From the NCBI GenBank assembly GCA_965240325.2, contig OZ251230.1:2762667-2826666 (forward strand): a stretch of 64,000 nt of DNA, in the 5' to 3' direction. Below, in pieces: positions 56,097-64,000 of this stretch. The notes beneath the pieces were generated by a model that saw only the letters and a list, made by a program, of their open reading frames with translations, made no database searches and was not told the DNA's origin. Both the position numbers and the translations under genes were made by a program. The stretch's first letter is position 1; each line of letters opens with the position of its first letter. Origin of the DNA: Rebecca billardiae RCC1528 (Eukaryota > Protista > Haptophyta).

Positions 56097-59000
56097 ATGC
56101 GGGGTTGGACCAAGCGGGCGCCGCCGTCGCTCCAGCGGCGAGATCATCTCGTGCGCGCTCGTGCGCAGCTGCAGGCGACTCGCGCGGCCGCGGGCGGCGA
56201 GCGCGCGGCGGTGGCGGCGCCCTTCCCGGCGCCGCTCGCCGCCGCTCGCGGCGGCGCGCTCGTGCCGCTGGCCGATGCCGCGCGCGCGGGCTCGCCCGCG
56301 CCGCAGCCCGCGGCGCGCCGGACGCCGCGCGCGCCGCGCGCGCAGCCCGCCGCGCCGCCGCGCGTGCTCGTCGTGTCGACGATTGGGTCGGTGCCGTCGC
56401 CCGCCACGCCGGACGGCGCGGCGGCGGGTGCAGCGACAAGAGCCGCTGCCGCCTCCGCGTCACGCACCGTGCGCACCACCGCGCTCGCGCCGATCGTCCC
56501 GCACATCACGCGCCGCGCTCTCGCCGACGCGACCAACGCGGCGGCGAGCAGCGACGCCTGGCTGCAGCGGGAGGCGCAGTCGACGGTCGAACTCAACGAG
56601 GAGAACCGGCGGCTGCACGCGCGCAACTACGAGCTCGCGCGGACCGAGCAGGCGTCGCTCCGCCTGCTCGCGCGCACCCGCGCCGAGAAGACCGATCTCC
56701 TCGCCCAGAACGACGAGCTGCGCGCCGAAGTCGAGCAGCAGCGCGAGCGCGCGGACGCGCGCGCGGAGGCGGCAAAGAAGTCGCAGCGCAAGCTCGCCGC
56801 CGCTCGCGCCGCCGCTCGCGCCGCTCGCACCGGGCTGCTGCGTCGTGAGGGGCACGCGCATAACGACGGTCTCCGCATCGCGCAGGTCGAGGAGGAAAGC
56901 CTCGAGCAGGCGGAGCAGATCGACGAGCTCAACGCGCAGATCCTCGAGCAGTCGGAGGAGATCGATGCGCTCAACGCGCGGCGCCTCGAGCGCGAGGAGG
57001 AGTTCGCCGAGCTCGAGGCGAATTTTTTGAGGTTCGAGGCCGTCGGCGAGGAGCACGTGGGCGCGCTCGAGCGCGAGATCGATTGGCAGGGCGCGCAGCT
57101 CGCGGCGCTCGAGCGGCGCGACAAGGAGCGCAAGGAGCAGCGCAGCTCGGCCGCGGTCAAAGCTGCGGCGCGAGAGCGCGAGGCGGCCGCGCTGGCGCGC
57201 GCGGATGCCGAGGCCGCGAGCGCCAAGGTGGCCGCGCTCAAGAAGGAGAGGACGCGGCTGGCGGACGCGAAGCGCGCGAGCGAGGCTCGCCGCGCTGCGA
57301 GCAGTGCGCGCTTGTGCTTACTCAACCCCGCCCTGCGCCAGCGCGGCCGTCCGACCGCCGCCGGGCGCGACGATGCGAGCAGCGGCAGCGGCTGCGACGG
57401 CGGCGACTCGGACAGCAGCAACGACGGCGACGGCCCCGGCGGCGGCTTGAACAAAGCAGCGGAACGCGTGAGGCGGCACCGCGCGCGGGCCGACATCCGC
57501 GCCGTGAGCGATCGCTTCGGCGGCGGCGGCGACTCGGCGCTCGACTCGCTCCTCTTCGCCAACGGCGGCCTCGCCGCGCGCCTCAAGGGCCAGCCGCACT
57601 TTGACAAGTTCGTCCACGGCATCCGGCGGGAGCACTCGCGGAAGGTGGGGGAGACGCTGTTCGCGCTCGACAGGACGACGGACCTCTTCATCCACGCCAA
57701 CCTGTCGACGCGCTCTGTGCACCTGACTCGCGAGGTGATGGGCTTCGAGTACTCGCTCACCACGGGCGAGCGCAAGCAGCGCGCCGTCGACGGCGTGCCG
57801 GTGCCGCTCCCGCTGTCGTGCTACATCATCACCAAGGAGGTGAGACGGCGGCTCGGCGCGCTCGGCGTGCGCCTCGCGGACGGCACCGAGGGCAAGGCGG
57901 CCGTGATGGACTGCACGCTCGCGCTGTGCCGCCTGCTCGTGGAGGCGCGCGCGCTCTCGGGCTCGAACCCGCTCGACGACGTCGGCGGCCCCGTCTTCGC
58001 GCTCAAGTTCGACTCGGCGGAGATGGGCCGATCGATCCACATGATGCTCGCCAGCATCTCGTACCCGATGGTCGGCGTGGGCGCGCAGTCGGAGGGCCAG
58101 CACAAGACGATCGGCGTCGCGGTGGGCAAGGACGAGATGATCGGCACGGTGCTCGACGCCAACCGCGAGGAGGTGGAGCGCCTCTGCCTCCGTCGGCGCA
58201 TCCGCCTGCCCAAGTGCGCGCGCAAGAAGCTGTCCGAGGTCAGCTCGCGCGACAAAGCGGCCGGGCTCGCGTTCGAGAAGCTGATGTGCGACCTGTGCGC
58301 CAAGGTGGAGGAGGGCGGCTGCAGCGGCGGCTGCTGCGAGGAGTGGGACGAGCTGGTGGCGCAGATGATCGCGGTCGCCGACGACGCGGCGAAGCGCAAG
58401 CTGCTCGGGCTCACGACGCACACCGCCAAGTTCGGCTCCATCGACTACGTCGACGCAGTCTCCGACCTCGTCACGCCGGGCTACGAGCCGACGCCGAGGA
58501 ACATCGTGAGCATGTACCACTCGGCGCACGTGCCGTTCCCGGGCGATCCGGAGGGCCCGGTCAAGTGCCCGTGCTGCTCGTACTGGGCGCCCAGCCACGC
58601 GCAGGCGCGCAAGGACCGCGCGGCGGACGACGCGCGCTTCGCCAAGGACGCGCTCGCGCGGCAGCAGCGCGGGTCGTCGCACGCTGGCCAGCTCTACGCG
58701 CCGCAGCTGCCGATCCCGATGACCAACGTGATCACGCCGATCATGCACCTCCTCGAGAACGCGTTCAGCTACGCGCACACGCACGCGATGTGGAACTACC
58801 CGGCGACTGTCATCTCGGGGCTCAGCGACTTCACCGAGGCGAAGAGGACGCGCCTGCTCAACTGCGTGCGGTACGACGCCGTCGAGATCCTGCAGACGAT
58901 GGGCATCCGCGCTGCGAAGCTGCCGCCGCGGCGCGGAGACGACGTGAGCGAGCCGAAGTTCCTCTTCACCGAGGTGCGCACGCTCATCAGCTCGCTGCCC

Positions 59001-59870
59001 TTCATCTTCTACGTCGTGGCGCTGTGCGCGCACGTCCACGACCTCGTGCGCCGCGAGCGCGCGGCCGCCGGCGCCGCAGCGCCGCCGCCGCCGCCGCCGC
59101 CTGCGGCAGCGCCGAGGCCCGCTGCGCGGCCGGAGCCGTACCAGGCCCTGATGGACGCGCTCGCGGACGAGTCGGACTCGGAGGACGAGGACGACGCGCC
59201 GGCCGCGCGCGCAAGGTCGGACGCGCAGGCAGCGCTCGAGATGGAGGACGACGACTTCACGCAGGCGTTGAAGGTGTGCCGCATGCTCCAGGCGTACGGC
59301 GAGTTCGAGATGGCCGTCTCGTCCACCGACTACCGCCACGACGACCGTGCTGAGCGCGAGGCCCACGCTGCTCGCGTCGCCGAGGTCGGCCGCGAGTTCC
59401 TCAAGCGGCGCGGCCAGGCGCTGCCGGCGAGTGAGCACGCGTGCTCGGTGTACGATGTGGTGATCCTGCACAAGCTGCCGGCGGACCTGCGCCGGTGGGG
59501 GCACATCATCGTGCACGGGCGCGAGGACGGCCAGGAGAAGAAGAACCAGGAGGCCAAGGCCATCTCTCGCCGGTGCGTGCGGCGCCTGACCAAGTTCGTC
59601 TCGTACGTGAAGAAGAACGGCACGCGCGTGGACGTGCAGCGCACGATGTCGCTGCAGATCGCCGAGCGGGTCGCGCTCAAGGAGCAGGTGCAGCTGAGGA
59701 TGGGCACGTACGTCAAGCACCTCGCCGTGCACGCCAGCGGCCACTGGCGGCAGGACCAGCTCGACCAAGGCTACTCGGTCAAGCGCGCGCGCTCGCAGTT
59801 CACGAGCGAGCTCGAGGAGCAGATCGCCAAGCGCGGCAAGCACGACATGGACGCGTGGATGAAGCGTTGA
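56097..59870 (+). CDS. Transposase: long coiled coil followed by a RAG1/Transib-like DDE core (start uncertain; may be spliced to ORF1)
   Basis: FALKFD (Asp codon 58011), IAVADDAAKRKLLGL (58380), PIMHLLEN (His 58746) and YDVVILHKLPADLRRWGHI..EDGQEKKN (Glu 59535) parallel the RAG1 D600, D708, H795 and E962 regions. The frame is uninterrupted. Confidence 0.8.
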   Translation: MRGWTKRAPPSLQRRDHLVRARAQLQATRAAAGGERAAVAAPFPAPLAAARGGALVPLADAARAGSPAPQPAARRTPRAPRAQPAAPPRVLVVSTIGSVPSPATPDGAAAGAATRAAAASASRTVRTTALAPIVPHITRRALADATNAAASSDAWLQREAQSTVELNEENRRLHARNYELARTEQASLRLLARTRAEKTDLLAQNDELRAEVEQQRERADARAEAAKKSQRKLAAARAAARAARTGLLRREGHAHNDGLRIAQVEEESLEQAEQIDELNAQILEQSEEIDALNARRLEREEEFAELEANFLRFEAVGEEHVGALEREIDWQGAQLAALERRDKERKEQRSSAAVKAAAREREAAALARADAEAASAKVAALKKERTRLADAKRASEARRAASSARLCLLNPALRQRGRPTAAGRDDASSGSGCDGGDSDSSNDGDGPGGGLNKAAERVRRHRARADIRAVSDRFGGGGDSALDSLLFANGGLAARLKGQPHFDKFVHGIRREHSRKVGETLFALDRTTDLFIHANLSTRSVHLTREVMGFEYSLTTGERKQRAVDGVPVPLPLSCYIITKEVRRRLGALGVRLADGTEGKAAVMDCTLALCRLLVEARALSGSNPLDDVGGPVFALKFDSAEMGRSIHMMLASISYPMVGVGAQSEGQHKTIGVAVGKDEMIGTVLDANREEVERLCLRRRIRLPKCARKKLSEVSSRDKAAGLAFEKLMCDLCAKVEEGGCSGGCCEEWDELVAQMIAVADDAAKRKLLGLTTHTAKFGSIDYVDAVSDLVTPGYEPTPRNIVSMYHSAHVPFPGDPEGPVKCPCCSYWAPSHAQARKDRAADDARFAKDALARQQRGSSHAGQLYAPQLPIPMTNVITPIMHLLENAFSYAHTHAMWNYPATVISGLSDFTEAKRTRLLNCVRYDAVEILQTMGIRAAKLPPRRGDDVSEPKFLFTEVRTLISSLPFIFYVVALCAHVHDLVRRERAAAGAAAPPPPPPPAAAPRPAARPEPYQALMDALADESDSEDEDDAPAARARSDAQAALEMEDDDFTQALKVCRMLQAYGEFEMAVSSTDYRHDDRAEREAHAARVAEVGREFLKRRGQALPASEHACSVYDVVILHKLPADLRRWGHIIVHGREDGQEKKNQEAKAISRRCVRRLTKFVSYVKKNGTRVDVQRTMSLQIAERVALKEQVQLRMGTYVKHLAVHASGHWRQDQLDQGYSVKRARSQFTSELEEQIAKRGKHDMDAWMKR

Positions 59871-60317
59871 GCGATCGGTGAGCGCGCCGCCGCGCCACCG
59901 GCCGCAGGACGCGCGCGCGCGCGCGCGCACGTCCTCATGGCCGCGCCGCCCCACCCGCGCCTGCGCACCTACCTTACACGCTTTGCCGTACAGGACGAGC
60001 ACGGGCCAGCAGTGCGCCGCTCGACCAGTGACGCGTCCGACTGCCGGCCGACGGCTCGGCGCGCGCGCGCGCGCGCGCGATCGCGCGAGCAGCTGGTCGA
60101 CCTGATGCCGGCGCTGATGGGCAGCGCCAGCTCGCTCGCACTCAGGCCCCTGACGGTGCCCATAGTGCGCGCTCGTCCGCGGCATAGGGGCCGTCAAAGG
60201 GGCACTTCGCAGAAAGCTGTAATAAAACCTGTGAATTTCGGACGGTTTGCTGTAACGATTTAATTGTTTTTGTTCACTGTGTCATTTTAGTACTGGCGAC
60301 CCTAACCACCACCCTAA

Positions 60318-60745
60318 CCCTAACCCTTACCTGCGCCCTAACCCTTACCTGCGCCCTAACCCTTACCTGCGCCCTAACCCTTACCTGCGCCCTAACCCTT
60401 ACCAGCGCCCTAACCCTTACCTGCGCCCTAACCCTTACCTGCGCCCTAACCCTTACCTGCGCCCTAACCCTTACCTGCGCCCTAACCCTTACCTGCGCCC
60501 TAACCCTTACCTGCGCCCTAACCCTTACCTGCGCCCTAACCCTTACCTGCGCCCTAACCCTTACCTGCGCCCTAACCCTTACCTGCGCCCTAACCCTTAC
60601 CAGCGCCCTAACCCTTACCTGCGCCCTAACCCTTACCTGCGCCCTAACCCTTACCTGCGCCCTAACCCTTACCTGCGCCCTAACCCTTACCTGCGCCCTA
60701 ACCCTTACCTGCGCCCTAACCCTTACCTGCGCCCTAACCCTTACC
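60318..60745. repeat. 18-bp telomere-like array, ~23 units
   Basis: Same unit as 51853-52135, but the array is 144 bp longer. Confidence 0.97.
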
Positions 60746-61860
60746 CTCACCCTCACATTGTACATTTGGAATGTACATTGTACATTTGGAATGTACATTG
60801 TACATTTGGAATGTACATTGTACATTCGGAAGTGTACATTGTACATTTGGAATGTACATTGTACATTCGGAAGTGTACATTGTACATTTGGAATGTAGTA
60901 CATTGTACATTCGGAAATGTACTTTGTACATTTGGAATGTACATTGTACATTCGGAAGTGTACATTGTACATTTGGAATGTAGTACATTGTACATTTGGA
61001 ATGTACATTGTACATTCGGAAATGTACATTGTACATTTGGAATGTACTACATTGTACATTCGGATACATTTGATCATCAGATGTACTGTTGCAATGTACA
61101 TTCGGATAAATTCAGATATGTACAATCAATCAGTGTACAGAGTGTACAAAGTGTACAAATGTGTACATTCAAAATGTATACAATAGTGTACATTCATATG
61201 TACAATCAAGAAGTGTACAAAGTGTACAATATACCGTCACAATCTACATTCGGATACATTCAGAGGAATAAGCGAAAACATACAGAGTGTACAGATATGT
61301 ACAGTCAAAAACGTACTTTCGCGCCTGCAGTCTCAGAGCACAGCACCGGTCGATGCAGGCCCCGCCCCGCCCCCCCATCTGAAGCCTAGTCCTACTTGAC
61401 TCTGGTGAGCAGCAACTGGTGAGAGCAGCTGCTCGTACATACGTCCTAGTTCTGTGCGGGGAGTATCCCTCAATAATGTGGTTGGCATCAGCACCAGTCA
61501 GTCGATCTCGAGTTGCAGCTGTGAGCTGTCAATCATCGATGACGAGACCTCGATGATGACAACGACAGTTGATAGGGCAAATCAAGCGCATGGCTGCTAA
61601 GCAGAGTGGCTGTGGCAGAATAGTATGCTGCGGTGCGGACGAGTGCAGCACCTGTCAAAGCTCAGCTCAAGCGCTGAGCACCTGTCAAAGCTGCCCCCGC
61701 CCCGCCCCCCCATCTTGCTCTTGGCTCAACCTGCACAGGGGGCGCGCACAGAGCAGCACCCATTGCATGCCACAGCTCAAGCAAGCAGAGGGGACGATTG
61801 CTCTCCAGCCTTGTCAACGTGCGCAAGCGGATCCTTGACCGCCCATCTCAGAATGATTTG

Positions 61861-62624
61861 CCCAGCTCGGCAGAGTCGGCCGGCCCAGAGCCTCCTGGGC
61901 CGCCAGACACGCCGCCCCAGCCGGCCGCCACCGGGTCGAAACGGCCGCGGCTGGTAACCTCACTCAGGGTAGATGTCTCTTTGGGCCTAACCTCACCACT
62001 GCGCGCCCAGTGCGCAGCCGGCGCGCAGCCTGGCGCCAGCCCTCCCAGCCCAGCTGGAGCCGGCCTGGGAGGCTCTGGGCAGCCCAGCTCGGCCCACTCG
62101 GCCGGCCCAGAGCCTCCTGGGCCGCCAAACACGCCGCCCCAGCCGGCCCCCACTGGGCCGAAACGGCCGCGGCTGGTAACCTCACCCAGGGTAGATGTCT
62201 CTTTGGGCCTAACCTCACCACTGCGCGCCCAGTGCGCAGCCGGCGCGCAGCCTGGCGCCAGCCCTCCCAGCCCAGCTGGAGCCGGCCTGGGAGGCTCTGG
62301 GCAGCCCAGCTCGGCCCACTCGGCCGGCCCAGAGCCTCCTGGGCCGCCAAACACGCCGCCCCAGCCGGCCCCCACTGGGCCGAAACGGCCGCGGCTGGTA
62401 ACCTCACCCAGGGTAGATGTCTCTTTGGGCCTAACCTCACCACTGCGCGCCCAGTGCGCAGCCGGCGCGCAGCCTGGCGCCAGCCCTCCCAGCCCAGCTG
62501 GAGCCGGCCTGGGAGGCTCTGGGCAGCCCAGCTCGGCCCACTCGGCCGGCCCAGAGCCTCCTGGGCCGCCAAACACGCCGCCCCAGCCGGCCCCCACTGG
62601 GCCGAAACGGCCGCGGCTGGTAAC
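61861..62624. repeat. 222-bp tandem array, ~3.4 units, truncated by the telomere
   Basis: Same unit as 53256-54179. Breaks at CTGGTAAC|TAGG. Confidence 0.96.
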
Positions 62625-62783
62625 TAGGTTAGGGTTAGGTTAGGTTAGGGTTAGGGTTAGGGTTAGGGTTAGGGTTAGGGTTAGGGTTAGGGTTAGGGTT
62701 AGGGTTAGGGTTAGGGTTAGGGGTTAGGGTTAGGGTTAGGGTTAGGGTTAGGGTTAGGGTTAGGGTTAGGGTTAGGGTTAGGG

Positions 62784-62824
<41 letters not shown>

Positions 62825-63423
62825 GGTTAGGGTTAGGGTTAGGGGTTAGGGTTAGGGTTAGGGGTTAGGGGTTAGGGTTAGGGTTAGGGGTTAGGGTTAG
62901 GGTTAGGTTAGGGTTAGGGTTAGGGTTAGGGTTAGGGTTAGGGTTAGGGTTAGGGTTAGGGTTAGGGGTTAGGGTTAGGGTTAGGGTTAGGGTTAGGGTT
63001 AGGGTTAGGGTTAGGGGTTAGGGTTAGGGTTAGGGTTAGGGTTAGGGTTAGGGTTAGGGTTAGGGTTAGGGTTAGGGTTAGGGTTAGGGTTAGGGTTAGG
63101 GTTAGGGTTAGGGTTAGGGTTAGGGTTAGGGTTAGGGTTAGGGTTAGGGTTAGGGTTAGGGTTAGGGTTAGGGTTAGGGTTAGGGTTAGGGTTAGGGTTA
63201 GGGTTAGGGTTAGGGTTAGGGTTAGGGTTAGGGTTAGGGTTAGGGTTAGGGTTAGGGTTAGGGTTAGGGTTAGGGTTAGGGTTAGGGTTAGGGTTAGGGT
63301 TAGGGTTAGGGTTAGGGTTAGGGTTAGGGTTAGGGTTAGGGTTAGGGTTAGGGTTAGGGTTAGGGTTAGGGTTAGGGTTAGGGTTAGGGTTAGGGTTAGG
63401 GTTAGGGTTAGGGTTAGGGTTAG

Positions 63424-63461
<38 letters not shown>

Positions 63462-63570
63462 GGTTAGGGGTTAGGGTTAGGGTTAGGGTTAGGGTTAGGG
63501 TTAGGGTTAGGGTTAGGGTTAGGGTTAGGGGTTAGGGGTTAGGGTTAGGGGTTAGGGGTTAGGGTTAGGG

Positions 63571-63611
<41 letters not shown>

Positions 63612-64000
63612 GGTTAGGGTTAGGGTTAGGGTTAGGGTTAGGGTTAGGGTTAGGGTTAGGGTTAGGGTTAGGGTTAGGGTTAGGGTTAGGGTTAGGGTTA
63701 GGGGTTAGGGTTAGGGTTAGGGTTAGGGTTAGGGTTAGGGTTAGGGTTAGGGTTAGGGTTAGGGGTTAGGGTTAGGGTTAGGGTTAGGGTTAGGGTTAGG
63801 GTTAGGGTTAGGGTTAGGGTTAGGGTTAGGGTTAGGGTTAGGGTTAGGGTTAGGGTTAGGGTTAGGGGTTAGGGTTAGGGTTAGGGTTAGGGTTAGGGTT
63901 AGGGTTAGGGTTAGGGTTAGGGTTAGGGTTAGGGTAGGGGTTAGGGTTAGGGTTAGGGTTAGGGTTAGGGTTAGGGTTAGGGTTAGGGTTAGGGTTAGGG
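62625..64000 (+). repeat. Telomere (TTAGGG)n
   Basis: About 1.38 kb of TTAGGG to the window end, with occasional TTAGG, TTAGGGG and TTTAGGG. Confidence 0.99.

Larger units (their letters stand above)
54320..60281 (+). mobile_element. 5,962-bp putatively autonomous CACAGT-ended DNA transposon (CMC/Transib-RAG1-related), TSD TC
   Basis: TIRs of the same family as 49654-51695. TC at 54318-19 and 60282-83. The empty site ATTC-TC-ATTTT is seen at ~51813. Encodes a DDE-type protein. Confidence 0.92.
54180..62624. repeat. Telomere-junction cassette copy 2 (interrupted by the 5,962-bp transposon), directly capped by the telomere
   Basis: Near-identical to copy 1 (offset 8605 in the distal part). 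Begins within TAGGTTTAGGGTTAGAAGTA. Confidence 0.92.

Noticed and set aside
62625-64000. TTAGGGG and TTTAGGG variants as a second telomerase template
   Set aside because: Sporadic single-base homopolymer changes that increase distally, consistent with long-read consensus error.

Overview
Right end of a chromosome from a very GC-rich eukaryote. Short GC-rich GT-AG introns, bipartite plastid-type leaders and a TTAGGG telomere suggest a haptophyte-like alga such as Pavlovales/Diacronema (inference only). Bases 1-38.9 kb are gene-dense. They hold polyubiquitin, a TLC membrane protein, a GT77-like glycosyltransferase, an SDR, a single-pass receptor with a Venus-flytrap ectodomain fused to a HET-like domain, PMS2-type MutL, HINT, a SnoaL-like/sugar-phosphate-cyclase (EEVS-like) fusion, DUF4336, a CMD/AhpD protein and a TauD/BBOX pseudogene. 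This part also carries a 948-bp TIR element and a full-length but damaged Ngaro-type tyrosine-recombinase retrotransposon. Bases 39-64 kb are subtelomere: decayed repeats, a 183/185-bp satellite, three head-to-tail copies of a telomere-junction cassette, and about 1.4 kb of (TTAGGG)n. The most striking system is a CACAGT-ended DNA transposon family, present as a 5,962-bp copy encoding a RAG1/Transib-like DDE protein and a 2,042-bp non-coding relative. Both copies make 2-bp target duplications and both sit exactly 3 bp outside an arm of the same 18-bp inverted repeat in the cassette. The empty target sites are visible elsewhere in the window. All family assignments rest on motif recognition by eye, not database searches.
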